Positions 1 to 9,454 of a DNA stretch of 64,000 nt are shown piece after piece. Position 1 is the first letter of the stretch. Each line of letters begins with the position of its first letter. The notes beneath the pieces were generated by a model that searched no databases, was not told the origin of the DNA, and worked only from the letters and a program-made list of their open reading frames with translations. The position numbers and the translations under genes were made by a program. The stretch comes from Candidatus Sumerlaeaceae bacterium (GTDB lineage: Bacteria; Sumerlaeota; Sumerlaeia; Sumerlaeales; Sumerlaeaceae), in NCBI GenBank assembly GCA_051003195.1, contig JBPCLP010000039.1:64001-128000 (forward strand), in the 5' to 3' direction.

Positions 1-296
1 ACCAGGAGATCGACGGTATCAACGAAATCTATCGTGCAAATCCCGGCGGCAACAGCGCGACGAAACTTAATTCTCTCTTGCCGTTTGGCGCCGTGATTAT
101 TAGCGATTTTTTATTCGAGCAAAAAGGTGCAGGTGTCGTGTTTAGGGCAGATTTGACTGGCGACCGCAATGAGCTTTTTCGTGTCGATGTTCAGACCGGT
201 GTGCAGACGAAGCTCAACGGCCCCATCGTAGAAGGCGGCAACGGAGTGATTACCTTTACGGTCCAGGGACTTACAACGCCAAGAAATGCGGAGTAG
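1..296 (+). CDS. 3' end of a TolB/WD40-like beta-propeller repeat protein (partial, starts before the window)
   Basis: Frame 3 is open from position 3 (QEIDGINEIYRANPGG..TKLNS..) and repeats the unit AD..G..NELF.V......TKLN.. Confidence 0.6.
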   Translation, partial: QEIDGINEIYRANPGGNSATKLNSLLPFGAVIISDFLFEQKGAGVVFRADLTGDRNELFRVDVQTGVQTKLNGPIVEGGNGVITFTVQGLTTPRNAE

Positions 297-414
297 AAAC
301 GCATCGGAAACGGGTGCGTAGTGGGTGTTTTGTTTGCCTCTACCTTCGGGTAGTGGGCCGAGCTCAAACATTTTTCTCATAAAGGCGCTTCAGCCTTTGC
401 CAAAGGAGATTGCC

Positions 415-3039
415 GTGCGATGCTGGTGGTGCACTGCAGCAATTCTATTTCTGTGGATTAGTTTCGCCCAGGCCGCGGAGCCTGCCTACCATGTCGCAGA
501 CATGCGCGAAGAGCGCTATCGCGACACCGATTTTGCCGTCGTCGTTCCCCAGCGCCTGGAAATGGTGTGCCGCACGGCGCCCGAAAACCAGTGGGGCTTT
601 GCCTTTGCCGGCATGGAGGTCCATTCTCGCGCCGCGCTGGAGTTTGAGTTCACGGGCAGTAGCAACTACACGATTCACGATGTGTATTCCTTTGCCGGCC
701 TCACGCTCGATTACGGCAAGCCTGACGGCAGCTGGTCGGAGCGGTCGTTCCTGGGCCTGGGGCTGATCCAGGCCTCGCGCGGCTCACATCCGCCGGCATG
801 GGGCGTTGGCGCCACGGGGAAATTCCTGATGCGAGGCAATGTGGCAAGCGCCTCAGCCCAACCCCAGCGCGTGCGCATTGACCCCGCCAGGTATGCGCCC
901 CTCGACTGGGATGGCCGGCTCTGGATCGGCACGCTGCTGCACAACGTGGGGACCGACCGCAATCTGCGCGTCCGACTCGTTGATCCGGCTGCACCCGCAC
1001 CCCCTCCGCTTCCGGAAGAGCACATGCGCGATGCCATGCGTGCCAGCCAGCTTACGCAACTGCAGGCGGCGCTGCGCAAGGTTGAGAACACGGTAAGGGC
1101 AGCCGCCGCGCAACAGGGCCCTCCGGAACTGAGGGCATTCATCGAAAAGGTTCGCTCGAACGAGGATCTGACGGGCGCATTGCGCCGCGCCGTCGCGGAT
1201 GCCGCAACGACCGCGCTCAAGGCAACCAACTTTTCAGCGATGATCCGTCGAGCAGATGCATTCACGACGTCGCAAATCGTTTCGCAGGTGTCGTCGGCTG
1301 ACGGGCTTCTCGATATGTGGCGCAAGGGCGGATCTTTTGGAAAGCAGATCGGGTGCATTGTCAGGCATGCGACCAACCTGGACAAGATCGGACTGAGGGA
1401 TCTCGCGGGCGGCACCCTGATCAGTTCTTCCGGCCAGCCTGTCCGGCTCTCCGCTGCGCGGCACGAGTATGAAGGATTCCAGGTAGTACTGACGCCGCTG
1501 GAAGGCCCGCCTCGAAGCGTCTCGGTCCACATGAGCGATCTGCGCAGCACCGGCGGCGTCATTCCTTCTGCACGGTGCAAGGTCAACGCGGTGGGTTACG
1601 TCCGCATCTTCCCGGGGCACGCGCGCCAGCAGCTGGTTCCCGATCCGTTATTGGAAGGCACAATACCCGAACTGGCGGCAGGCGAAAATCAGCCCGTGTG
1701 GATCACACTTTACGTGCCGCCGGATGCCGCGCCCGGGCAATACACGGGCGAGATCGCTATTCGCGAATTGCAAACCGCCGCTGAGGTGCGTGTTCCCGTT
1801 CAGTTGAACGTTCGGTCTTTTGACATCCCCAAAAAGTTATCGCTCCGCTCCAGTTTCTGGATGTTCCGCGACCAGATTAATCGCTTCTACCATCTCGACG
1901 AGGTGAAACTGGACGACTATCTTAAATGGATCGATTGCGCGCTGGAGCACCGTCTTTGTCCCATTGACGTTTACGAGGGACATTGCCGGCAGCTCGTCGA
2001 TATCATTAAGGAAACAACTCCGCCCCAGGTTGCGCTTCACATGGAAAGCAAAGGGGAGGGAGTTCCAAATCCCCGTCCGGATTTCACCAGTTGGGACCGA
2101 TACCTTGACCGCATGATCGCTGGAGGGGCGGCCACGCTCCCGCTCGGACAGTCGCATCATCATGGTGCGTGGTTTACGACTCCGGGTGTAAGCCGCGGCT
2201 CAAACGAGCAGGTCGGTCGAGTGATCGAAAGCCTGAAAACATTGCGAGATCACTACAGGCAGCGCGGTATTTTTGATATGCACTACATGCAGTTGCGTGA
2301 CGAAACAAGCGAACAGGACTCCCTGAATGTTTATCGCGAAGTAAACCGGCAAATGCCTGAGCTCAAACTCCTGCTCACGGTTCCGTCACCCCAGGCGCGG
2401 CCGTTCATCGACATCCCTTGTCCACAATCCGCCGGCTTCGATGCGCAATGGCGCGACGAGGCAAAGTCGAAGGGCGGCGAGTACTGGTGGTACGTCTGCC
2501 TGGCCCCAGACGATCCATACGCGAATCTTTTCCTGTACCAGTCGTCACCGCAGCACCGTGCGTTGTTCTGGCAGACCTGGGACCGAAAGGTGGAGGGACT
2601 GCTTTACTGGGGCATGAACTTCTGGTCGTGGTATAAGGACAAGTGGCCGGCGGGTGCGAAGGGTCCGACGCAGCGCGTGCAGCCTGAGGTGGACGCGGCA
2701 AACTTTTGCTCAATCCCGGAGTTTCCCGGAGACGGATGTTCCATGTACCCGGGAGCGACACCCGATAAGCCGCTTTCCAGCATACGGCTGGAAGTCATGC
2801 GCGACGGGGCCGAAGATTACGAATACTTCCTCCTTCTGGATCGCCTGATTCAGCAGATGCAGGTAAGTGGCAGGCGCAGCGCGAAACTTCAGAGTGCCCA
2901 AAAGGCTCGGGACGCCGCCCACACATTGGTCGCAGACCTGACGAAATACGAACGTGATGGCGCAAAGTACATTAAGGTGCGGGAACAGGTCGGCGACGCC
3001 ATTGAAAGCTTACTAAAAGCACTGGCGGGGGCACACTAA
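415..3039 (+). CDS. Secreted glycoside-hydrolase-like protein, DUF4091/GH123-like C-terminus
   Basis: GTG at 415 after AAGGAG; signal peptide ...AQA-AE; motifs AARHEYEGFQV, LVPDPL, ENQPVWI, WWYVC, GLLYW, GDG..YPG, SSIRLE..RDG.EDYEY. Confidence 0.7.
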   Translation: MRCWWCTAAILFLWISFAQAAEPAYHVADMREERYRDTDFAVVVPQRLEMVCRTAPENQWGFAFAGMEVHSRAALEFEFTGSSNYTIHDVYSFAGLTLDYGKPDGSWSERSFLGLGLIQASRGSHPPAWGVGATGKFLMRGNVASASAQPQRVRIDPARYAPLDWDGRLWIGTLLHNVGTDRNLRVRLVDPAAPAPPPLPEEHMRDAMRASQLTQLQAALRKVENTVRAAAAQQGPPELRAFIEKVRSNEDLTGALRRAVADAATTALKATNFSAMIRRADAFTTSQIVSQVSSADGLLDMWRKGGSFGKQIGCIVRHATNLDKIGLRDLAGGTLISSSGQPVRLSAARHEYEGFQVVLTPLEGPPRSVSVHMSDLRSTGGVIPSARCKVNAVGYVRIFPGHARQQLVPDPLLEGTIPELAAGENQPVWITLYVPPDAAPGQYTGEIAIRELQTAAEVRVPVQLNVRSFDIPKKLSLRSSFWMFRDQINRFYHLDEVKLDDYLKWIDCALEHRLCPIDVYEGHCRQLVDIIKETTPPQVALHMESKGEGVPNPRPDFTSWDRYLDRMIAGGAATLPLGQSHHHGAWFTTPGVSRGSNEQVGRVIESLKTLRDHYRQRGIFDMHYMQLRDETSEQDSLNVYREVNRQMPELKLLLTVPSPQARPFIDIPCPQSAGFDAQWRDEAKSKGGEYWWYVCLAPDDPYANLFLYQSSPQHRALFWQTWDRKVEGLLYWGMNFWSWYKDKWPAGAKGPTQRVQPEVDAANFCSIPEFPGDGCSMYPGATPDKPLSSIRLEVMRDGAEDYEYFLLLDRLIQQMQVSGRRSAKLQSAQKARDAAHTLVADLTKYERDGAKYIKVREQVGDAIESLLKALAGAH

Positions 3040-3040
3040 T

Positions 3041-3181
3041 ATGCGGTCTCAGAATTTCGCGGCATAATTCCAGGATTCCGGCTTTTTGGAATCCGCAACC
3101 CTGGGTTATAGCACCCCATTTTTCGCGCCATGAAGGGGCGCCGGAAACCGAAAATATGGTATGAATCTCCGGTACACCCAC
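3041..3181 (+). repeat. Dispersed intergenic repeat, long subtype (copy A)
   Basis: Near-identical to 22408-22549 and to parts of 56401-56798 (ataattccaggattccggctttttggaatccgcaaccctggg...tgaaggggcg...ggtacacc). Confidence 0.85.
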
Positions 3182-3440
3182 AATGTCTGCCCAGCAATAA
3201 TGCAATGGAGCTGGCAGTACTGGGGCTCTTGGAAAACGGCGATTCAGCGCGTATGTGCTGTTGCCGCGCTTGAGGCGGTGGGTGAACTCACAACACAACT
3301 CTTAGCCCGCTTCAGCCGCCTTGGTTTCGCTTCAATCCGACTGTTCAACACCCCCAGCAACGCGCGGCGTCCCGGAGTTCACAACCGTTCCGGCTGCACA
3401 CCTTTTCCCCACTTCCAACTAATAAACCTGACACCAATAA

Positions 3441-3469
3441 GAAAGGGGCGACGGTAGACCGTCGCCCCT
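3441..3469 (-). terminator. Intrinsic terminator of the pilin-like gene
   Basis: aggggcgacgg-taga-ccgtcgcccct hairpin followed by TTTCTTATT on the minus strand. Confidence 0.8.
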
Positions 3470-3499
3470 GAGGTACGAATTACAGATAGTGCTACAAGC

Positions 3500-4162
3500 T
3501 TACTGCTTTACGCGCCAGACGTCACCCTGAGATACGGTGCCGTTTGTCGAGTCATAGGTAACTGCGAAGCCGGTGCCGCCATGTGCAATCATCGGTGGGC
3601 TTGGCTGAGCAATCGCGCTGGTGTAGAGCGTCTCAACCAAAGGTGATGTTGCATTCTGGCCAAGGTCGCAGTTCTGAGATGCCTGGTCGGTGTCCGGTCC
3701 CGGACTGAACAGAACCCAGCCCTGTTGATCGTTGAAGTAGCCGAACGTGGCGCCCTTGAAGTCCATGAATGGATCCGCAAAGTAGCTCGTGATGTATGCA
3801 ATCGGGGTCGTTAAAGTACAAATGCCGGCCGGTCCGTTTGCAACGTCCGGATTACGCCTGGTAAACGACGGGAAGCTGTTCAACTGCGTTTCCGCCGTCG
3901 TGTTTCCCCCCGCGATAGCCAGTCCCGAGTTGTAGTTCGGCTGACCTACCGGACTGCGTCCGTTACGCGCTGATACGGGGTAGGTATTATTATCGACGTA
4001 GTACGTCTCAATACCGGTTGCGAGCGAACGTTGATCGTTCTTCACACGAGAGACCTTGGCGCGAACCTGGGCCTCGAGGAAGTTCGGAACCGCGATTGCC
4101 GCCAATATGGCGATGATCGCGACTACGATCAGGAGCTCGATGAGAGTAAAACCTTTTTTCAC
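3500..4162 (-). CDS. Prepilin-type N-terminal cleavage/methylation protein (type IV pilin/pseudopilin-like)
   Basis: KKG|FTLIELLIVVAIIAILAAIAVP; GGGAGG RBS before GTG. Confidence 0.9.
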   Translation of the reverse strand: MKKGFTLIELLIVVAIIAILAAIAVPNFLEAQVRAKVSRVKNDQRSLATGIETYYVDNNTYPVSARNGRSPVGQPNYNSGLAIAGGNTTAETQLNSFPSFTRRNPDVANGPAGICTLTTPIAYITSYFADPFMDFKGATFGYFNDQQGWVLFSPGPDTDQASQNCDLGQNATSPLVETLYTSAIAQPSPPMIAHGGTGFAVTYDSTNGTVSQGDVWRVKQ

Positions 4163-4267
4163 TATTTTTCCCTCCCTTCTGGGTTTAGAGTAATCAAAAC
4201 CGTCTATGGGTTTTGAGGAAGTTTGGTTTATGCCTTGTGCGGGGGTAGTGTCAACGGCAAAAAACGA

Positions 4268-4459
4268 CTAAATTTTGCCTAATATGTAAACCAGCACGGC
4301 CAGCACCACCAGAACGCCTGTAAGCTTGGCGAACCGCCGCAGGCTCTGGCGGAGCACCCCCAGGGGGGGCAAGTGGGCTTCCTGCGCGGCACTGTAGACT
4401 ACCGCGACTACGATGGCGGTGCCGATCATGGAAGTCAAGTAGATCCAACCGAGCGTCAT
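4268..4459 (-). CDS. Small two-TM membrane protein (63 aa)
   Basis: ATG overlaps the upstream TGA (ATGA coupling); two hydrophobic helices. Confidence 0.65.
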   Translation of the reverse strand: MTLGWIYLTSMIGTAIVVAVVYSAAQEAHLPPLGVLRQSLRRFAKLTGVLVVLAVLVYILGKI

Positions 4460-4908
4460 TGTGCCCCCAGGGCCGCGGCAACGGCCCCCTGGCGCTTGCG
4501 ACCATAGAAGTGGTCGTAGGTGCTTGTCATCACGAAGTAATTCAGGCCCCCAGACACCAGCAGGAAGAAGGAACCGAGGTCGGCCCACCGGTTGGCTTCA
4601 TCGTAGGGCAGGATATGCGCCCCGTTTAGAATCTCGGGTGCCAGGCTCACGAGCGCCAGGCCACCATTAAATAACTGGGTAAAAAACGTCAGTATGGTCA
4701 CGATGTTGAATCCTTCGCTGCCAAAGCGGAAATCCGGCAGCAGAACAGAGCCCTTGAACGCCGTGCCCAATAGAAAGGTCGCCTGCAGGACGATGAAAAA
4801 GAGCAGTCCGCGGCCCCAGCGCCTATGGATAAAAAACCCAAAGCCGGGGATCAGCCAGCTCATAAAGACGATCCCGAATTTTTGCGCGGAAGATGCTTCG
4901 TTATGCAT
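4456..4908 (-). CDS. Membrane protein, DUF6677-like
   Basis: SWLIPG.G...RRW.RG.LFF and C-terminal SGGLN....YD pattern. Confidence 0.6.
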   Translation of the reverse strand: MHNEASSAQKFGIVFMSWLIPGFGFFIHRRWGRGLLFFIVLQATFLLGTAFKGSVLLPDFRFGSEGFNIVTILTFFTQLFNGGLALVSLAPEILNGAHILPYDEANRWADLGSFFLLVSGGLNYFVMTSTYDHFYGRKRQGAVAAALGAQ

Positions 4909-5120
4909 ATGGGGCAGCAGTTCGGCAGCCCGGCTCAGGGCTTGTCAACCGAATGCGCGAGGCAGGCTCCGGGTTCCGCGTTCCGGACTGACCACTACCC
5001 ACTACCACACTTACACCTTTCCTCCGAACGGGGCGATCCTCTGTGCGCTTGCGTCAGCCCAGGCTAAAGCCTGTACTCCGAACGGGGCGCCAACTAACCA
5101 CCAACCACTGCCCACTGTCA

Positions 5121-5200
5121 CACTCCGCATTCAAAAGTACTCCGTACTCCGCAATCCGCATTCGAAAGCACTCCGCATTCGAAAGCTCCGCACTCAAAAG
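5121..5200 (+). repeat. TCCGCA(A/C/T) heptamer-based compound repeat
   Basis: Tandem tccgca units around caaaagtac; similar at 6464-6525 and 61588-61636. Confidence 0.8.
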
Positions 5201-5238
5201 TCTGGACTATCCTGGCCAGGCATCACGAACTTGACCCG

Positions 5239-6375
5239 ATGCGTTGCTTTCCTCTCGCTCATCCCGCTCTTCGAGCCTGCGCTTGCGCTGGTTTGGTTTT
5301 CACAGGTATCTCTGGAACTCCACTGCACGCGGCACGCGTCGCGGACGATCCGCCACGCTACCGCGAAAAAGACGGACTTCGACTGCGCAAGATCGCGCAC
5401 CTCCCCATGGAGAAGGCGCGCTCCATCGCATTTACCGAGCACCATGCGTGGGTCGGACAGAACCTCGTCGGCATGGAACTCCTCGACATCCGCAACCCAT
5501 CGCTGCCTCGGCGTATTAAGAAATTTAAGCCCGAAGAAATTCAGCCACTCGATATCCGCGTGCTGGATGACGACGTGCTCGTGATTGCCGACCGTTTCCG
5601 CGGGCTCGTGCTGTGGGACGTAAGCACTCCACGAACCCCCGTTCCACTTGGCTCCGTAAAGTTGCCCGGCATCGCCACCAGCGTCGACGTCACCAAAGTT
5701 CGCGGCAAGCGCATCGCAGCGGTGGCGTGTGGGGGCGAGGGCATGGCATCCGTCGATATTACCGATCCGCGCCGCCCCGTGCTGCTCGGGCTCTTCCAGA
5801 CCCGCATCGATTATTCGCGCCGGCTCGTGCTCGACGGCAATGTCGCGTACCTGGCCGACCACTTCGACGGTGGGCTCAAGGTTCTGGACCTCAAGAATCC
5901 GTCATCGCCCAAACCGTTTTTCCAGGTGTCGATCCGCGGCTTTTGTGAATCCGTCTCACGCCGCGGCAGCCTGCTCGCGGTCGGCGATCGCAACTACGGG
6001 TTCTGGTTGTTGGAAATCAGCTCACTCTCGGGAGAAGAAAACCGCGACAAACAACCCACGCCCGTGCTGAGACTGCAGTGTAATAGCGTCCGCACGCGAA
6101 GCGAAGTGCGGGACCTTCTGCCCATAGGCGATAACCTGCTGCTCGTCGCCAATGACGTCAACGGCCTGGAGCTTTACGATGTAAGCAACCGCAAGTTTCC
6201 ATTGCTGCTCGACGAATATGAGTTCGGCAATGCAGCGACTGCCGCCCAGTCGGTGAAGACACACAGTGGGCACATCTATGTGCCAAGCTGGGACGGCGGC
6301 CTGTACATACTGCGCATTGTAAAAGAGTCCGGCTTCGACGACGATGACGATTCAAATACACACGAAGGCCCATGA
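5239..6375 (+). CDS. LVIVD-repeat beta-propeller protein
   Basis: Repeats of ..YLAD..GGL..LD.SNP..P; N-terminal signal-like segment. Confidence 0.8.
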   Translation: MRCFPLAHPALRACACAGLVFTGISGTPLHAARVADDPPRYREKDGLRLRKIAHLPMEKARSIAFTEHHAWVGQNLVGMELLDIRNPSLPRRIKKFKPEEIQPLDIRVLDDDVLVIADRFRGLVLWDVSTPRTPVPLGSVKLPGIATSVDVTKVRGKRIAAVACGGEGMASVDITDPRRPVLLGLFQTRIDYSRRLVLDGNVAYLADHFDGGLKVLDLKNPSSPKPFFQVSIRGFCESVSRRGSLLAVGDRNYGFWLLEISSLSGEENRDKQPTPVLRLQCNSVRTRSEVRDLLPIGDNLLLVANDVNGLELYDVSNRKFPLLLDEYEFGNAATAAQSVKTHSGHIYVPSWDGGLYILRIVKESGFDDDDDSNTHEGP

Positions 6376-6463
6376 CCACCCAACATTTGGACATATCTCG
6401 AGAACCTGACCCCTGAACCTGAACCTTGACCCATTACCCAGCTGTCCTGCCTGCTCGCTTTTT

Positions 6464-6525
6464 GTACTCCGCAATCCGCACTCAAAAGTACTCCGCACTC
6501 CGCACTCCGAAATCCGCATTCGAAA
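6464..6525 (+). repeat. TCCGCA heptamer compound repeat
   Basis: gtactccgcaatccgcactcaaaagtactccgcactccgcactccgaaatccgcattcgaaa. Confidence 0.8.
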
Positions 6526-6540
6526 CGAGGACCAAAACCC

Positions 6541-7488
6541 ATGCGAACAAACCGAACCACAGCACTCCCACGCATAACGGCCGCCGCTGCCGCCGCCCTG
6601 TTCCTTGCCGGCTGCTCGTCACGTGACGCCATGGATTACCTGCCCGAGATGCCGGCGTATCTCGCTTTCAATGCCGACCATGCGCGTAGCACAGCGGGCG
6701 GACAGCGCCTGCTCGAAGCAGCCAGCAAAATGCAGCCCGAAGCCGCTTCGCTGATGCAGGGAAAACTGAAAAAGCTTTATGTAGGCGTGGATAGTCCCGG
6801 TGCTCCAGGCGCGCACGGCGCCGGGCAGCGGCCAGCCGGTGGCGGATGCGCGGTTGCCATCGGAGATGGCGGTTTTGCGAAATACGCCAGCGACCAGTTC
6901 CGCCTCCATGGCGCGACCGAGCAGAAAATGAGCGGACGCAAAGTATTAACCAGCGGCACAATCTCGTTATGTCCCGTCGGCGACAACGGCGTGATTGTCT
7001 TCTCGCGCGCACAGGACCTGGATAAAATGCTGCGAACTTCTCAGAAAAAGAATCCTTCCGCGAGACAGTCCGCTCCATTCAAGACCACCGAAGCATTGGC
7101 CGCCTCCCACGCATTCGTAATGGTCACGGATTGGTCGCAGGTGCTTTCCCTCATAGGCAATCAACTGAATCAGGTGACCGCGCTCAGTCCCAAGGGCGTG
7201 GAGGCTCTCAAGCAGGTTCGTGCCGCCAGTGTGGCGATGGACTGGGACGAACAGCCGCTGGTGCAGGCAACACTTCATCTGCCGAATGCCGAGGGGCGCG
7301 ACGACCTTGCCGGGCTCGTCAATATCGCAATGGGATTAGCCGGGCGCATGAAACCCAAAGGCGCCGACCCGAAACTGCTGTCGATGCTGGACGACCTGAA
7401 AGCCGAGACGTCGGAAGAAGGCGTCACGATCAAACTCACCGTGCCAAAGGAAACCGCCGACGCCTGGCTGTCCAAAGCCGCCCGCTGA
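6541..7488 (+). CDS. Hypothetical lipoprotein
   Basis: Lipobox FLAG|C after a hydrophobic stretch; GAGG RBS. Confidence 0.75.
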   Translation: MRTNRTTALPRITAAAAAALFLAGCSSRDAMDYLPEMPAYLAFNADHARSTAGGQRLLEAASKMQPEAASLMQGKLKKLYVGVDSPGAPGAHGAGQRPAGGGCAVAIGDGGFAKYASDQFRLHGATEQKMSGRKVLTSGTISLCPVGDNGVIVFSRAQDLDKMLRTSQKKNPSARQSAPFKTTEALAASHAFVMVTDWSQVLSLIGNQLNQVTALSPKGVEALKQVRAASVAMDWDEQPLVQATLHLPNAEGRDDLAGLVNIAMGLAGRMKPKGADPKLLSMLDDLKAETSEEGVTIKLTVPKETADAWLSKAAR

Positions 7489-7686
7489 GTTTTTTGCAGC
7501 GGCGAAAGCGCGCTGAGAACTCAAGATATTCGCGAACCCCTGATCCGTGTTTTCCGTGAAATCCGTGGTTCTGTTCTGTGCGTTTTGGATCTTTTTGCGG
7601 CTGATCACTTCATTTGCTTCGGGTGTATTCGTGAAATTGGTGGAAAGAAAATGCCCCAGTATACGCACGACGCACAACTGTCCGAT

Positions 7687-7953
7687 CTACCATCGTCTCG
7701 TCTTAATATAGAAGCGAATGGCAGTGCCGATTGCGAGCGGCGGCAGCCCCGCATAGATGCACCACGCGTAGGGCGGGGTGTCGCCAGTTGGATTTCCACC
7801 GATGGAATCCATATGATCAATGAGATGAACGTACGTGCTGATAATATTGACGGCACCAACGGCGCAAAGTGCTGCGCCGATCACCCATAACGTGATCGCC
7901 ACTATGCGTAACTGTCGCTGCCTGTTAAGACGCGGTTCGTCGGGCGATTCCAT
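7687..7953 (-). CDS. Small two-TM membrane protein
   Basis: Two hydrophobic helices; GGGGG RBS; co-oriented with upstream genes. Confidence 0.55.
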   Translation of the reverse strand: MESPDEPRLNRQRQLRIVAITLWVIGAALCAVGAVNIISTYVHLIDHMDSIGGNPTGDTPPYAWCIYAGLPPLAIGTAIRFYIKTRRW

Positions 7954-7971
7954 CAAACCCCCCTGAATCGC

Positions 7972-8499
7972 TCAGCGCACCCGCTGCAATTCGGCCGCTT
8001 CCGGGTTCACAAGCATCATGCAGATCGCACTGATGTAGAACACCATCCCTACGACAAGTACCGCGGTTGCGACCCTGATCGCGCGGCTCTTCCGCTCGCG
8101 TCGCCGAAGAGTGGCAAGCACCCATTGGTCGACCGGGAGGTGCATATAACTGGACACCCACCGAATCGGCATCACAAATCCCAGGGCCAGGCAAGCCGCA
8201 GCCGCCACCAGCGCCACCCCCAATACGATCAGGCTTTGTGCAGTGCCGCTCGTGTCCGCGATAATCCGGCCTGAAAATCCCGTCACCGTGATCACCACCC
8301 CGGCGATTTGCATAAGTGATTGCGCGCGACCGTGCAACACAGAGAGCTGCCCATCCAGAAGCGAATAGATAAACGATCGATCCTGCGGGGATGCTCCGCC
8401 AAAACCGAGCAGAATCGACTGCACCTCCTGCTCCTCCTGCGGGTTGGGTGGCAGCAGCAGCGGGTCGTTACTCGTCGTCTTCCTCGTCCTCGTCGTCAT
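7972..8499 (-). CDS. Hypothetical three-TM membrane protein
   Basis: 175-aa ORF with three hydrophobic segments; overlaps the upstream gene. Confidence 0.65.
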   Translation of the reverse strand: MTTRTRKTTSNDPLLLPPNPQEEQEVQSILLGFGGASPQDRSFIYSLLDGQLSVLHGRAQSLMQIAGVVITVTGFSGRIIADTSGTAQSLIVLGVALVAAAACLALGFVMPIRWVSSYMHLPVDQWVLATLRRRERKSRAIRVATAVLVVGMVFYISAICMMLVNPEAAELQRVR

Positions 8500-9067
8500 C
8501 GGACCCGCTCATGCTGTGGCCATGGCTCTCGCGGATTCTCGTCACGTGGTCCTGGTCGTGGTAGCCGATGCAGACAGCGAAATCGCCGTCGGGCATCGTC
8601 TCGGCACACCGACCGAAAACCGCAAGAGAACGCGCGATCAGGTAGCCGTTTACGCCGCGCTCCTTGTTGCTCGAGTCGAAATCGGAATCGAAAAACTCTG
8701 CCAGTTCCGGGCTCTCGGGCCCGTCCATTTCCTCGTCGCCCTCGCGTGCCCAGTCATCGTCTTCCTCATCCTCCGACATGTAGTCGTGGCAGACGAAAAA
8801 CGTGCCGCTCCAGTTATGTTCCATGTCGTATTCGAAGTAGACGGCGGCTGCATCCTGTTCTTCAGCGGACTCGAATACGTCCTTCATCGCGTCCTCCAGC
8901 TGCTCCGAATACGCCGATAAATTCACCGCGGCAATCTTGGCGGTGATCTCCTTGCCCGCGAGTTTTTCCGCGCGTTTGCGCGCATTATTTTCGAGGCCGT
9001 CCCAGTCGCTGCGAGCGATATAGCCTCTCATCTCCTCCAACTGGTCGTCGATACGCACTGCAGGCAC
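8468..9067 (-). CDS. Hypothetical acidic protein
   Basis: GTG with GGGGAG RBS; typical codon usage; D/E-rich. Confidence 0.7.
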   Translation of the reverse strand: MPAVRIDDQLEEMRGYIARSDWDGLENNARKRAEKLAGKEITAKIAAVNLSAYSEQLEDAMKDVFESAEEQDAAAVYFEYDMEHNWSGTFFVCHDYMSEDEEDDDWAREGDEEMDGPESPELAEFFDSDFDSSNKERGVNGYLIARSLAVFGRCAETMPDGDFAVCIGYHDQDHVTRIRESHGHSMSGSDDDEDEEDDE

Positions 9068-9454
9068 CTTTTCTCCCCGAATAATTCAATTTCGGGTAAG
9101 CCCTTCGCGTCGCGTTTTCGACACACAAGCGGAAAGCGCACAATGGACGAGGCTTTTTTAACTGCTTATATTCGAGGGCACTGGACGCTCACATTCTGCG
9201 GGCACGCGACTCCTGAATGATCAATCCTTCATTGCTGCGAACCTCGATTTGTTCCGCGCTTACAATGGAATCTGGCGCCCGCTCAGCAACCGTGGAGAGC
9301 GTGTGCCAGCAGGCGGGTTTACGAAGTCGCAACCGCCACGCCACGTGTCACCAGGTTTGAACGATGTCAGCTCCGGGGACTGCTACCGAGGCATAATTCT
9401 TGAGACGAATACCGCGATGCCATACACGGCACTCATGCTCACGTAAGAGGTAAG

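Noticed and set aside
3316..3330. ccgccttggtttcg match to the ALDH tail repeat
   Set aside because: Only ~14 nt with no extension; plausibly chance
2972..3457. ORFs 2972-3298 and 3161-3457 (likewise 22297-22581 and 56309-56939)
   Set aside because: Largely translations of the intergenic repeats, with no protein-like features
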